From Candidatus Zixiibacteriota bacterium (GTDB lineage: Bacteria > Zixibacteria > MSB-5A5 > UBA10806 > 4484-95), in assembly GCA_037441845.1 (NCBI GenBank), contig JBBIRK010000001.1, forward strand, positions 433,284 through 497,283: a DNA stretch of 64,000 nt. Reading direction: 5' to 3'. This document shows positions 50,527-61,235 of this stretch, one piece after another (within the stretch, counting starts at the first letter, position 1; the number at the start of each line of letters is the position of its first letter). Under the pieces are notes generated by a model. It was given only the letters and a program-made list of their open reading frames with translations, had not been told where the DNA came from and made no database searches. A program made the translations under genes and the position numbers.

Positions 50527-52944
50527 TCATCCGATACCGATAAGCTTTCCGGCTTGATAGACGACGAACGCCGTAAACCAGGCCAGAACGGTCGTGTAAC
50601 TTACTTGGAAAATCATTTCCTTCAACGAACCGGTCTCACGAAGGAAAACCGCCATGGCCGACATGCAGGGCATATACAGAAGCACGAAAACCAGAAATGA
50701 ATAAGCCACCAGCGGAGTATAAATCGGATCTTCCGACAGTCTTTTGCGCAGGGCTGTCGAGCTTTCATCGTCGGCTGCCTCGACTCCATATATTGTCCCC
50801 ATGGTCGCCACCACCACCTCTTTGGCGGCGAAACCCGACAAAATGGCGACCCCGAGACGCCAGTCGAATCCGAGCGGCGCGATCACAGGCTCGATAATTT
50901 TACCGATTCTACCGGCGAAACTATTCTCGAGCTTGGCCTCGGCCGCCTTTGATTCGATTTCATTTATGAGACTGTCCCTCTGAAATTCGGAGGGAAACGC
51001 TCCTTCGCCTTGCTCGATCAAGGCGATCTTCCGATCCCGTTCGCTTTCAATCGCTCGGTTGTGCGGAAAAGTCATCAAGAACCACATGACAATGGAAATG
51101 CCGAGAATTATCGTACCGGCTTTCCGAAGATACAAGACCGAGCGCTCCCACATATGCAAAAGCAGGCTGCGCAACGTCGGGACGCGGTATGGGGGAAGTT
51201 CGATTACAAACGGCGAGGATACCCCTTTGAATCGGGTGAGCCGCAGGAGTTTCACCATGCCTATCGCCACGATTATTCCGAGCAAATAAATCGAAAACAT
51301 GACGGTGCCGGCGTTTTTGGGCCAGAACGCCCCGCAGATAAGGACATATACCGGCAGACGTGCACTGCAACTCATGAAAGTAGTAACGTGCATGGTTATG
51401 AGTCGGTCGGTTTTGTCCTCGATTATACGACTTCCCATATATGCCGGAACCGAACAGCCGAAACCGATCAGCATCGGGATAAAAGACTTGCCGTGTAGTC
51501 CTATCTTGTGCATCAGTCGGTCCATGATGAAAGCGGCTCTGGCCATATAGCCGGTGTCCTCGAGAATCGCGATCGCCAGGAACAGAAACATTATATTGGG
51601 CAGAAAGACGATGACACCGCCCACACCACCGATCACACCATCGACTATCAATGAACGCAAAATTCCGCCGGGCATGATAGAGGTAATCAAGCCGGCCAAG
51701 GATTCGATTCCGAGCTCGATCCACTCGACCGGCTTTTCCGAAAGTCCGAAAGTGAGATGGAAAAGCAGCCACATGAGCAACGAGAAGATGAGCAATCCGG
51801 AAAACGGATGAATCAAGACCGCGTCGATCGTATCCGATATATCGTGTCGTCTTTCGGCGGCGCCGCTGACCGCCTCGCTGCAGGCTCCGCTTATGAATCC
51901 GTATCGTCTTTCCGTTATCACCGAGGCCGGGTCGTCGCCGAACATGGTGCTCAGTCTCTGGCGGGATTTCTCCGTGTTTTCTTTTATTTGGTCAGAGTAC
52001 CGATGCGATTCGATCAGCTTGGTTATCTCGGCGTCGTTCTCGAGCAATTTCAGCGCCACCCAGCGTGATCTGAAACCGTTGAGAACCGACATATCGAGGG
52101 AAATCGTTTCCGCTATTTTATTCAGTTCTTTTTCTATTTCCGCCCCATATCGCAACGGCTGCGGCCTACTGACGATCCGACCCTCGGCGCAAGCGATTAT
52201 GGTGTCGAGCAGTTCGTTCATCCCCCGGCGCTTGTTCCCCACCGTGGGAACTGTCGGAATGCCCAGCAATTCGGACAGTTGCTTATGGTTTATCATGATG
52301 CCTTTATTGGCAGCCATATCGCTCATATTCAGGGCGATAATGATCGGGATTTCCAGCTCGGCGAATTGCATGGTTAGATATAGATTGCGCTCGATATTCG
52401 AGGCGTCCACTATATCGACCACCAGGTCGGGTTTTTCATCGAGAATCACCCGGCGGGCGATTTTCTCGTCGAGGGAATGCGCGGATAGGCTATAGGTGCC
52501 GGGAAGATCGATGACTTTTATCCGGTAATCGCCGTAATGAACATAGCCTTCCTTTTTTTCGACCGTGACTCCTGGATAATTACCCACATGTTGATTGGCG
52601 CCGGTAAGGTTGTTGAAAATCGTGGTCTTTCCCGAATTGGGGTTGCCGGCCAGCGCTATCACCAATTCTTTTTGGGGCTGATGTCGCTGCTCCTTTACTC
52701 TTATCTTGCCGGCAACGCCCCGACCCAAAGCGAGTTTTGTGCGACGCACCTCGATCCCGATCGGTCCGGCGCCGGAATTGGAAAGCACCCGCAGCCTGGA
52801 TCCTGGATTAAGCCCCATCGAATAGATCTTCTCTTTCAGGCCGGATCCGCCGTCCAGATCGGCCATGATATACCATTGCCCGGGGCGGGCATCGCTTAAA
52901 AAGGTTATGCCGTTATCCGTCTTATGATTGGATCCTTTGGCCAT
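50527..52944 (-). CDS. feoB: FeoA-FeoB fusion ferrous iron transporter
   Basis: N-terminal FeoA (SMGLNPG...GPIGIEVRRTKLALGRGVA), then GNPNSGKT, NYPGVTVE, DLPG, NMSD, GFGCSVPA, MSCSARLP, ELPPYR, LYMPC. Confidence 0.96.
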   Translation of the reverse strand: MAKGSNHKTDNGITFLSDARPGQWYIMADLDGGSGLKEKIYSMGLNPGSRLRVLSNSGAGPIGIEVRRTKLALGRGVAGKIRVKEQRHQPQKELVIALAGNPNSGKTTIFNNLTGANQHVGNYPGVTVEKKEGYVHYGDYRIKVIDLPGTYSLSAHSLDEKIARRVILDEKPDLVVDIVDASNIERNLYLTMQFAELEIPIIIALNMSDMAANKGIMINHKQLSELLGIPTVPTVGNKRRGMNELLDTIIACAEGRIVSRPQPLRYGAEIEKELNKIAETISLDMSVLNGFRSRWVALKLLENDAEITKLIESHRYSDQIKENTEKSRQRLSTMFGDDPASVITERRYGFISGACSEAVSGAAERRHDISDTIDAVLIHPFSGLLIFSLLMWLLFHLTFGLSEKPVEWIELGIESLAGLITSIMPGGILRSLIVDGVIGGVGGVIVFLPNIMFLFLAIAILEDTGYMARAAFIMDRLMHKIGLHGKSFIPMLIGFGCSVPAYMGSRIIEDKTDRLITMHVTTFMSCSARLPVYVLICGAFWPKNAGTVMFSIYLLGIIVAIGMVKLLRLTRFKGVSSPFVIELPPYRVPTLRSLLLHMWERSVLYLRKAGTIILGISIVMWFLMTFPHNRAIESERDRKIALIEQGEGAFPSEFQRDSLINEIESKAAEAKLENSFAGRIGKIIEPVIAPLGFDWRLGVAILSGFAAKEVVVATMGTIYGVEAADDESSTALRKRLSEDPIYTPLVAYSFLVFVLLYMPCMSAMAVFLRETGSLKEMIFQVSYTTVLAWFTAFVVYQAGKLIGIG

Positions 52945-52993
52945 CTCTTTTTATCCTGCCGGATATTTCGGCACTTTCATTAAACTAATTAAA

Positions 52994-53015
52994 TTAGCCG
53001 TGGCTAACAAGTCAA
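52994..53015 (-). promoter_or_regulatory. DtxR-type operator TTAGCC-N2-GGCTAA in the spacer of a TTGACT promoter for feoAB
   Basis: Perfect inverted repeat at 52994-53007, just downstream of -35 TTGACT (53010-53015). Confidence 0.75.
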
Positions 53016-53149
53016 GCGATTTAGAGAACATTACCACTAATTAAGAAAAGAAGCGCCTGCGGCTTCGGCCGCCGCTGAAAGTGGCGGTTCAGCCTCCCAA
53101 TAAAATAAAAAAACCGGGAATCGATACCGTGGCGTGACCAGTAAATTGA

Positions 53150-53174
53150 AAGGGGCGCGTCGATTGCGCCCCTT
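53150..53174 (-). terminator. Intrinsic terminator after the OMP-lipoprotein pair
   Basis: AAGGGGCGC-N7-GCGCCCCTT stem with a short U-tract on the minus strand. Confidence 0.6.
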
Positions 53175-53204
53175 CCCACCTACCTTCGCTTTATGATACC
53201 ACCG

Positions 53205-53726
53205 TCAATTGCCGACGGTCATGGTGATCACGATCTGGGCCCGAACGCTGTCATGAAACGGCACCGGCGAGGCGATCGCGTAAACGTAGAATTCGCCCAC
53301 ATCCTTCACGTAATGAAACAGCGAATCGAGATTGTGCATATATCGATAGCTGTCGTTCCAGCCGATCAAAATCGAATCGTTGCCGGGAACGGCCGGGCTT
53401 TCGAGAATTTTGATCGCGTTGTCTTCGACAAGATCCGTCGTCGAGTAGGAGCCGTTCGAGGAGATATAAATTTTTGCGGTGCTGGCGGAGTCTTCAAGGT
53501 TCCAGATTTTGGCCACGAAACTCACGCCGTCGATGCTTTTTATTTTGTCGAAATTGTCGGCGTAGTCCTCGTTGTTATTCAGATTCAAATGAAATACGCT
53601 GATATTGCCGTTCGTGGTCGCTCCGATATTGACGTCTTCCACGATGGTGATTTGGCCGGTCAGAAGGCAGCCGGTGATGACCAATCCCGAAACGGCGACT
53701 AAACCGAAATAGATTATTCTTTTCAT
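53205..53726 (-). CDS. Hypothetical lipoprotein
   Basis: MKRIIYFGLVAVSGLVITGC lipobox; beta-rich body. Confidence 0.7.
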   Translation of the reverse strand: MKRIIYFGLVAVSGLVITGCLLTGQITIVEDVNIGATTNGNISVFHLNLNNNEDYADNFDKIKSIDGVSFVAKIWNLEDSASTAKIYISSNGSYSTTDLVEDNAIKILESPAVPGNDSILIGWNDSYRYMHNLDSLFHYVKDVGEFYVYAIASPVPFHDSVRAQIVITMTVGN

Positions 53727-53743
53727 CTCACAAGGCTCCGTTT

Positions 53744-54295
53744 CTACATTGGCCCAAGGCCGATATGATAGTTGACCCCGACGAACCAGAGCAGCGATTT
53801 CCACGAACCGCTTTCGCCGGTGGGCGCGATATCGAACATCGCCCGTCCCTCGACTCCCAAGTTCATCGGCAGGACGATTTCCAGCCCCGGCCCGAAAGAA
53901 TACGTCGTTTTCGATATTTCACCCTGGTTTTCGCGTTTCCACTTGTAGGTGCCAAGCGATCCCATGAGATAAAAGTTTACACCCGTGCCTGAGGTTTTAC
54001 CCAAGTAGGCATCCAGCCCCAGCGAGGTCACGCTTCCGCCGTCTTTAGTGTCGGTTCCGTAGAAAAATTCCTCGGATGGGTCGCCGTATTTTCTGCCCTG
54101 ATAATGCGCACCCACGGCGAAAAACGATATCGGCGAGTATTTCGCCTGAAGTCCGATCATGGTGCCGCTTTTGGCGTCTTTGTTTGCCAGCGGCATATTC
54201 ATCCCGAAAAACGGGCCGATCGAGATGTCACTGATCGCATAAGCGCCGGCCGAAAAGACCGATACGATCAGTAACGCCAGCAATTTCACTTTCAT
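53744..54295 (-). CDS. Small outer-membrane beta-barrel protein
   Basis: Signal peptide; alternating beta-strands; C-terminal WFVGVNYH. Confidence 0.75.
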   Translation of the reverse strand: MKVKLLALLIVSVFSAGAYAISDISIGPFFGMNMPLANKDAKSGTMIGLQAKYSPISFFAVGAHYQGRKYGDPSEEFFYGTDTKDGGSVTSLGLDAYLGKTSGTGVNFYLMGSLGTYKWKRENQGEISKTTYSFGPGLEIVLPMNLGVEGRAMFDIAPTGESGSWKSLLWFVGVNYHIGLGPM

Positions 54296-54428
54296 CAACG
54301 CTCCTTTTTTATGTTGTTATCGATCTATCGTTTCGTGAATAATCCCGCATAAAGGCATATCCGGCGACCCGCAACCTTCGGTTCAAATGTCGGGTTCAAA
54401 CGGCGATGCCGCCGCGAATCAGAATTCA

Positions 54429-54457
54429 ATTATATCTCTTTTCGGAGATATTGGCAA
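54429..54457 (-). promoter_or_regulatory. Sigma70 promoter TTGCCA-N17-TATAAT for the OMP gene
   Basis: Near-consensus; the spacer contains the inverted repeat ATATCTC-N6-GAGATAT. Confidence 0.7.
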
Positions 54458-54465
54458 TTACATTA

Positions 54466-54843
54466 TCAGGTATGGGCGATCGCCTCGACCTCGATTTTGG
54501 CATCGCGGGGAAGCCCCGACACGGCCACCGCGGCGCGGGCGGGAAGAATCCCCTTGAAATACTCGGCATATATTTTGTTGACTTCCGCATAATCGCCGAT
54601 ATCCGCCAGATAAACCGTGACTTTCAACACCTTGTCGAAATCGGAACCGGCCGCTTGCAAAACCGCCCCCAGATTGCGAAACACCCGGTGAGTTTGTTCC
54701 TTTATGGTGTGCCCAACAATTTGCCCGGTTTGGGGGTCGATAGCGATCTGCCCCGAGCAAAAAATCAAGTCGCCGAATACGAGCGCTTGAGAATATTGGG
54801 CGAGCGCCTTGGGGGCGTTATCGGTTTGAATCGCTTTCTTCAT
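54466..54843 (-). CDS. ridA: RidA-family enamine/imine deaminase
   Basis: APKALAQYSQA, CSGQIAIDP, VLKVTVYL, PARAAVAVSGLP, IEVEAIA. Confidence 0.92.
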   Translation of the reverse strand: MKKAIQTDNAPKALAQYSQALVFGDLIFCSGQIAIDPQTGQIVGHTIKEQTHRVFRNLGAVLQAAGSDFDKVLKVTVYLADIGDYAEVNKIYAEYFKGILPARAAVAVSGLPRDAKIEVEAIAHT

Positions 54844-54901
54844 CGTTCCTCCACCTAAAAAGACTTTGCCCTGATACGGCATTCGATTTACAATAAGCCG
54901 T

Positions 54902-56383
54902 ATGTTATGGAATAAAGTGGTTGTTCGCCTTAAAAATAATTTCGACACCCGCCTGCTGATCTTATTGATACTCGTATTTTTGGTCCATTTCCCGCTTCTA
55001 TTCAACGATTTTCATACCGACGATTTTCTGATACTGAAAATCATGCGCGATGGTTTCGACTGGCAGGCGTTCAAACACATGGAAAACCCCTTTAATTTCC
55101 GCCCGCTAACGAATTTAATAGTTTTCGCCAGATACCATCTGCTGGGAGAAACGCCGGTTCTCTGGTATCTTTTGAACATCTGCCTTCATTTATCGATAAC
55201 CGCGTTTATCTATCGCATGTTGCGTGATCGCCTCGACTGCAGTTCGGCTTTTTTCGGGGCGCTTTTTTTCGGAATTTATTTCCCCCATTTCGAGGCTGTT
55301 ATATGGCTTTACGGAATCGTCCGGCTGTTTTTGGCTTTGCTTATACTTATCGCCTGGAAGGCGACTATCCGCAACTCCGAAACCGGAACCGGCGGCAATC
55401 CCTATGCGCCGGCGATCACATTTTTGGCGGCATTGCTGATTGTCGAGGACGCTTTGCTTCTGTTCCCCTTTTTCATGATATTGTCGATTCGTTCGCCGGT
55501 CGGCGCCGACACGAAAAAAAAGCAAGCGTTCGGTTTCGCCGCGGCGACGGCGATTTACCTGCTATTGCGCCTGATATTGACCGGCAGGATTTTGAACGAA
55601 TCGGAGCAATATTATCCCGGCGTTCATATCCTTACCAATATTTATCATTATGCCGGCTGGTTGTTGCTGCCGCAGTTCGATCACCCCTATCTCTTGCCGT
55701 TCGTGGAAAAGCATACGCCGTTCATAACGCCGTTGATCACGCCGGTCAATATAGCCGTCTTCGCGGCGGCGTTGCTCATAGCGGCGATCATCGTTTACCA
55801 CGGGAGCGCTTTCGAAAAAACCGCCCTGCTGTTCGTTGCCATATCGCTGTTGCCAGCACTGCCTCTTAATGCCAAGGCTTGCAGCAGATTACTTTATCTT
55901 CCCTCGATCGGCGTGGCTTTCTTGGCCGGCAGCCTTTGGCAAAGAGCCTCGATCGCATTCCCGGCTCTCGGCAAAAAAATAATAATCGGTATTGCGGCGC
56001 TTTATTTTATCGCCCAGTCTCTGGCGAACAACCTGACGATTAGATACTATCATTCGTTGCAGGCGGCCTCGGCGGCGATTTTGAAAAAAATCGACGATAT
56101 GAAAATCGATTTCAACCGTTATGCCTACGTGATCGTCGATCACGCCCCGGGGCGATCGCGACCTTGGACGCCGTTCAGGTTGCGTTATGGTTATCGGGGC
56201 GAGGTGAGAGCCCGCAACGAGGCCTACGAAAAACAGATTGATCTCGATAGTCTTATGGTGGAACTGGAGAAAAGCAACATCAATTATATCGCTATCGATT
56301 GCCGCGACGGGATGCCGAAAATATCCAGGATATTCGATCCAAGAGCTGATTCCGTTTCGTCTCCAATGGACGATTCACCGTGA
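54902..56383 (+). CDS. GT-C-like (ArnT/PMT-type) integral membrane protein
   Basis: FHTDDF, FRPL, NICLH, H.EAV.W, RLLYLPS; many TM segments. Confidence 0.7.
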   Translation: MLWNKVVVRLKNNFDTRLLILLILVFLVHFPLLFNDFHTDDFLILKIMRDGFDWQAFKHMENPFNFRPLTNLIVFARYHLLGETPVLWYLLNICLHLSITAFIYRMLRDRLDCSSAFFGALFFGIYFPHFEAVIWLYGIVRLFLALLILIAWKATIRNSETGTGGNPYAPAITFLAALLIVEDALLLFPFFMILSIRSPVGADTKKKQAFGFAAATAIYLLLRLILTGRILNESEQYYPGVHILTNIYHYAGWLLLPQFDHPYLLPFVEKHTPFITPLITPVNIAVFAAALLIAAIIVYHGSAFEKTALLFVAISLLPALPLNAKACSRLLYLPSIGVAFLAGSLWQRASIAFPALGKKIIIGIAALYFIAQSLANNLTIRYYHSLQAASAAILKKIDDMKIDFNRYAYVIVDHAPGRSRPWTPFRLRYGYRGEVRARNEAYEKQIDLDSLMVELEKSNINYIAIDCRDGMPKISRIFDPRADSVSSPMDDSP

Positions 56384-56397
56384 TTTCCAACACCCGA

Positions 56398-57795
56398 TCA
56401 GCCGTTTTCGGGGTCTTCGGTCATCCGCCGCAAATCCAGTAGGCGATCCAACTCTTCCTCGCTCAGCAGGTTTTTCCTCCTCACCAGTTCGCGCACGGTC
56501 AGATCTTTTTCGAGCGCTTCCTTGGCTATCTCGGCGGCTTGGATGTAACCGATTATGGGACTTAATATCGTCGCCACCGATGGGCTTTTCTCGGCGTAAA
56601 GCCGGCAAATCCGTTCGTTGGCCTCGATACCGCTGATGCAGCGTTCAGCGAAACAACGTATCCCACCCGAAAGAATCTCTATTTCCTGAAGTAGATCGTG
56701 GGCGATTATCGGCATCATTACGTTCAGCTCCAGCTGGCCCGCTTGGGCCGCCGCCGCGATCGCCTGATCCAGCCCGAGACAGTGGAAACAAACCATGTCG
56801 AGCATCTCCGCCATTACCGGATTTACCTTGCCCGGCATTATCGATGATCCGGGCTGAACCGCGGGAAGTCGTATCTCGGCCAGACCGGTGCGCGGCCCCG
56901 AACCGAGCAGCCTTAAATCGTCGGCTATTTTCTTCAAATCGACAACCAGCGTGCGCAGCGCCCCGGCGACCTCAAGCACCGCACCGAACGACTGTATCGC
57001 CTCGAACAGATTTTCCGCCGGGCGGAACTCGTATCCCGTAAATTCATTTATCGAGGAGATGGCTGCCTTACGATAACCGGGCACGGCGTTCAAACCGGTT
57101 CCGACCGCAGTTCCTCCCAGACAGAGCTCAAGCAGCGATTCCGCCGCCCGCTCGATCCGTACTTGGGCTTTGGCCAACATCGCCGCGAAAGCGCCGAACT
57201 CCTGGCCGAGTCGGACCGGCACGGCATCCTGTAGATGGGTCCGGCCGGTCTTGATCACCGAATCGAACGCCTCGCTTTTAATCCTCAACAATTCCTGCAG
57301 CTCCCCCAACGCCGGCAGCAGATTTTTCCGAATCTCGTCGTATGCCGCTATATGGATAGCCACATGAATCGTATCATTAGTCGATTGACTCATGTTGACA
57401 TGATCGTTGGGGTGAACCAACGCGGTGCTCCCTTTGGGACTACCGAGTATTTCACAAGCGCGATTGGCCAGCACCTCGTTCATATTCATATTTTGCGAGG
57501 TTCCGGCGCCGGCCTGAAAAACATCGAGCACGAATTGATCGGCGAATTTGCCGGCGATCACCTCCTCGGCGGCTTTGATAATCGCCTGGCCGATCTCCGG
57601 TTTAAGTTTTTTCGCCGCTATATTGGCCGAGGCCGCCGCCCGTTTTATTATCGCCTGCGCCCGAACGAAAGAATGCGGGAAACGCAAACCGCTGACGCGG
57701 AAATTCTCGAGAGCGCGCTGGGTTTGGGCGCCGTAATATGCGCCGCAGGGAACCCTGACCTCACCCATGCTGTCTTTTTCGATCCGATAATCCAT
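56398..57795 (-). CDS. Class II fumarate hydratase / aspartate ammonia-lyase family
   Basis: DSMGEV, GAGTSQNMNMNEV, HPNDHVNMSQSTND, GRTHLQDAVP, GSSIMPGKVNP; specificity not resolved. Confidence 0.93.
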   Translation of the reverse strand: MDYRIEKDSMGEVRVPCGAYYGAQTQRALENFRVSGLRFPHSFVRAQAIIKRAAASANIAAKKLKPEIGQAIIKAAEEVIAGKFADQFVLDVFQAGAGTSQNMNMNEVLANRACEILGSPKGSTALVHPNDHVNMSQSTNDTIHVAIHIAAYDEIRKNLLPALGELQELLRIKSEAFDSVIKTGRTHLQDAVPVRLGQEFGAFAAMLAKAQVRIERAAESLLELCLGGTAVGTGLNAVPGYRKAAISSINEFTGYEFRPAENLFEAIQSFGAVLEVAGALRTLVVDLKKIADDLRLLGSGPRTGLAEIRLPAVQPGSSIMPGKVNPVMAEMLDMVCFHCLGLDQAIAAAAQAGQLELNVMMPIIAHDLLQEIEILSGGIRCFAERCISGIEANERICRLYAEKSPSVATILSPIIGYIQAAEIAKEALEKDLTVRELVRRKNLLSEEELDRLLDLRRMTEDPENG

Positions 57796-57838
57796 GCAGC
57801 GAAATTTCCCCGCACGTTCAAGGCAAGTTCACATCAGC

Positions 57839-58354
57839 TCATTTGACTTCCGCCAGCGCCCGCAAAGCGGCGTCATAGTCGGGTTCTTCCGATGTTTCCT
57901 TGACATATTGGATATAGCGGATTTTCCCCCGCTTGTCGATTATAAATATCGTCCGGGCGAGAAGTTTCAGCTCCTTGATCATCACCCCGAACGCCCGGCC
58001 GAGCTCACCCTCGCGGTAATCGGAAAGCAGCACGACATTTTTGGACTTTGTCTCCTCGCACCAACGTTTTTGAGCAAAGGGGAGATCGGCGCTGACGGTG
58101 ATCATGGCTATGTCTTTATCAAGCTTTTCCGCCTCTTTATTGAATCTGATCGTCTCCAAATGACACACCGAGGTGTCCAGCGAGGGGACGGTCGTCAAAA
58201 AGCAAGTTCTTCCTCTATAAGATGAAAGCTTGACAGGGGCAAGATTCATATCGACCAATTCGCAATCGGGGGCGGAATCGCCCACCTTAAGCTCGTTGCC
58301 GATCAAGGTCAGCGGTTTACCTTTCATGAATACGATTCCGGTTCGTTCAGCCAT
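57839..58354 (-). CDS. tpx: Thiol peroxidase (atypical 2-Cys peroxiredoxin)
   Basis: VPSLDTSVC, SADLPFAQKRWC, EEPDYD; ATG 58354 after AAGGA. Confidence 0.95.
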   Translation of the reverse strand: MAERTGIVFMKGKPLTLIGNELKVGDSAPDCELVDMNLAPVKLSSYRGRTCFLTTVPSLDTSVCHLETIRFNKEAEKLDKDIAMITVSADLPFAQKRWCEETKSKNVVLLSDYREGELGRAFGVMIKELKLLARTIFIIDKRGKIRYIQYVKETSEEPDYDAALRALAEVK

Positions 58355-58507
58355 TTTGGTCGTCCTTTCTGTTCGCTCTATTCTCGATAATACTGATTCG
58401 GCAGATTTCGCTATAATCGCCGACTTGTACCACATAGGAATAATAAATAAATACAGCCCGCTTCGGTTCCCGGCATTCAAACGGCGGGCTCGCAAAACCC
58501 TCACGAT

Positions 58508-59044
58508 TCAATGTCTATGTTCATGGCCGTGATCGTGATCCTCTTCAAGGTGAGAATCATCGTTTGATCGCCGGCCGATCTCATCTTTCGCTTTGTCGTC
58601 GTCTGGATTGGTCAGCGTTCTTGCCGCCTGCACGCCGACTCCATACCGATACACCATCTCGCCGCCCAAATAACCTCCATAAAAAACAACCGCCAGCGCC
58701 GCCACCGCCAAAATAGTGCATATCCAAGCGGTGATACCTCGGGTACGGCTGCGAAATACTATTCGGAACAGCGCATAAATCACGACTATCCCTAAAAAAA
58801 CTAAACCGACAACCTCGTGGGTCTCCATCAGTTTGTGGGCCGCCCCGCTGTGTTCGACCGTCTCTTCGGCGGCCAGCCCGGTGGCAACCGAGCCGACGGC
58901 TCCGAGCACTACAAACACCGCAAGAACCAGGCTCGCTTGCCGAAAGATGCTCTTGCCGGTGATCAACGCCGCGATTTCGCAGAAAGCGATCACCGCTATC
59001 AGGGCGATCGGAAAATGCACGAATAACGGATGAAAATTGGGCAT
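58508..59044 (-). CDS. DUF2231 membrane protein with His-rich tail
   Basis: HPLFVHFPIAL, ATG, HE, GYLGGEMVY..GVG; ends HLEEDHDHGHEHRH. Confidence 0.85.
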   Translation of the reverse strand: MPNFHPLFVHFPIALIAVIAFCEIAALITGKSIFRQASLVLAVFVVLGAVGSVATGLAAEETVEHSGAAHKLMETHEVVGLVFLGIVVIYALFRIVFRSRTRGITAWICTILAVAALAVVFYGGYLGGEMVYRYGVGVQAARTLTNPDDDKAKDEIGRRSNDDSHLEEDHDHGHEHRH

Positions 59045-59138
59045 AATTAACCCCTGCCGGAATGATTGATTTCAATTTTAGCACTACTCGGTTTCGTATT
59101 CAATATTAAAATCGGGAATTTTTCCCTGCCGATCATTC

Positions 59139-61235
59139 CTAATAACTCCAGCCGTCGCGTATCCGGCGGGCGAATTCATCGAGGGACAAAATCGGATTGA
59201 GGCATGCCCCCTTACGACAAATGTAAACCGCGGGAGTTCCCTGCAATGTCGTCTTGCCGTCCAAGATCGGCGCCAGGTCGACGGCTTCACCGGTTAGCCC
59301 ATTTTCGTCGACTGCGATCATACAGGCATAGGGCGGCGCAGACCGACAATAAAGATCGATAAGTCGGCGGGGCCGGTCGTCATTTTTGCCGCCGGCGATC
59401 ACCACCGTGTAATCGGGGCCATTGCACAAAAGAGCGGTATCGAGCCAGCCCGACATTTCCAAGCCCATCTGCTTTATCAAATCTCCCGCCGACGACAGAC
59501 AGCGGTCGATTTCTTCGTAGTATTTTTCGTTTCCGGTCAGGAGAGCGGCCCGATGCAATGCCGAAAGAAGCGCCGCGTTGCCCGAGGGTGTCGGACCATC
59601 CCAGAAATCGACCTTGCGACCCAGAGGATTTTCCGCCGCGGTCTCCGCCATGCAAAAACAACCTTCGGGATTGCGGAAATTGGCCAGAGTATAATTTATC
59701 AATTCTATGCCCCGCCGCAGATATTCCGGATTCACCGTAACCTCGAACAAGTCCAGCAAGCCACGGGCAAGACAAGCGTAATCATCGAGAAATGCTGCGT
59801 TTTCGGCATGGCCTGCGTATGACGTTCTCCAGAGGCCGCCATCGGGACGTCGATGATATCTCCAGAGATATTCAGAGGCTTCTACGGCTTTCTGCAAATA
59901 TCCGGCCTCGCCGAATGCGCGAAATCCCTGAACCAAAGCGGAAATCGCCAGGCCGTTCCAGGATGCTATTATCTTCTTATCCAGGGTCGGTCGCGGTCTG
60001 GCCGATCGATATTCTCGCAGGCGTCGGATATTTTTATCTATCATTTCCCGAATTTTTATTTCCCGCTCCGGCGCGACGGTCATGATATCGCCCGAAACTG
60101 TTCTGCGGCTGATCACGTTGCCGCCCTCGAAATTCCCCTCGCGCGTCACTCCCAGGATTTTCGCCAGCTGTGTTCCCTCAGGCTCGCCGACCGTTTTTAT
60201 TATTTCTTCGTATCCCCAGATATAAAACGACCCTTCGCGTCCCTCGCTGTCGGCGTCGAGACTGCTGTATATCGCCTCCTGCGGCGCGGACAACTCGTGC
60301 AACAAAAAATCGAGCGTCCCCCGCGCTATCCGTTCGTAAATCGGGCTGTCGAACACCGCCCAGGCCTCTGTATATAGACCGGCCAGTTGCGCGTTGTCAT
60401 AAAGCATCTTCTCGAAATGCGGAATCAGCCAGGTTCTTTCTACGGCATATCTATGGAAACCACCTCCGATTTGGTCGTAAATTCCCCCGCCGGCCATCAT
60501 ATCGAGCGTCTTGCGGATCATATCGCCCAATTCCGGCAAGCCGGATTTTCGATAATAGTGCAACAAGAACCGCCATTTTCCCGGCTGCGGAAATTTCATT
60601 CCCTCGCGGAATCCACCCCATTGTCGATCAAACAGCGCAAAAGAATCCGAAACTATGCCATCGATAATGGAGATTTCGAAAGTTTGGTCGCTCCTAAAAG
60701 CGGGATTGGCGGCGATTATTTCAGCAAGTTGGGCGGCTTGATCTTCGACCCGGGCGCGGCTGGCGGCGAAAACCTCGGCAATCGCCCGAGCCAACTCGAT
60801 AAAGCGGGCATGCGGAAAATAGGTGCCTCCGTAAAACGGTTTCAGCTCGGGTGTGAGAAAAACCGACATAGGCCAGCCGCCTTGGCCGGTTAGAGCCTGC
60901 ACCGCCTCCATATAGATTATATCGAGATCGGGGCGCTCTTCGCGATCGACCTTTATGTTGATGAACTTTTCGTTCATCAGGGCGGCCACGTCCTCCTTCT
61001 CGAAAACCTCCTTTTCCATCACATGACACCAGTGGCAGGAGGAGTAACCGATCGAGAGGAATATCGGCTTGTTTTCCTTTCGGGCGCGGCTTATCGCCTC
61101 GTCTCCCCAGGGATACCAATCAATCGGATTATGGGCGTGCTGGCGGAGATAGAGCGACTGCTGCCCCGATAAGTGATTGCCGAATGTCGGCCGGTTCGGA
61201 TCGAACCTGTTTTGGTTTTCCGCTTTGTTGCTCAT
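59139..61235 (-). CDS. YyaL/SSP411-like thioredoxin + six-hairpin domain protein (DUF255)
   Basis: [58 protein letters not shown]. Confidence 0.92.
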   Translation of the reverse strand: MSNKAENQNRFDPNRPTFGNHLSGQQSLYLRQHAHNPIDWYPWGDEAISRARKENKPIFLSIGYSSCHWCHVMEKEVFEKEDVAALMNEKFINIKVDREERPDLDIIYMEAVQALTGQGGWPMSVFLTPELKPFYGGTYFPHARFIELARAIAEVFAASRARVEDQAAQLAEIIAANPAFRSDQTFEISIIDGIVSDSFALFDRQWGGFREGMKFPQPGKWRFLLHYYRKSGLPELGDMIRKTLDMMAGGGIYDQIGGGFHRYAVERTWLIPHFEKMLYDNAQLAGLYTEAWAVFDSPIYERIARGTLDFLLHELSAPQEAIYSSLDADSEGREGSFYIWGYEEIIKTVGEPEGTQLAKILGVTREGNFEGGNVISRRTVSGDIMTVAPEREIKIREMIDKNIRRLREYRSARPRPTLDKKIIASWNGLAISALVQGFRAFGEAGYLQKAVEASEYLWRYHRRPDGGLWRTSYAGHAENAAFLDDYACLARGLLDLFEVTVNPEYLRRGIELINYTLANFRNPEGCFCMAETAAENPLGRKVDFWDGPTPSGNAALLSALHRAALLTGNEKYYEEIDRCLSSAGDLIKQMGLEMSGWLDTALLCNGPDYTVVIAGGKNDDRPRRLIDLYCRSAPPYACMIAVDENGLTGEAVDLAPILDGKTTLQGTPAVYICRKGACLNPILSLDEFARRIRDGWSY

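Noticed and set aside
53056..53090. Metal riboswitch for feoAB (two small GC hairpins)
   Set aside because: The hairpins lie upstream of the predicted -35 and so outside the feo transcript; no NiCo or yybP motif recognised.
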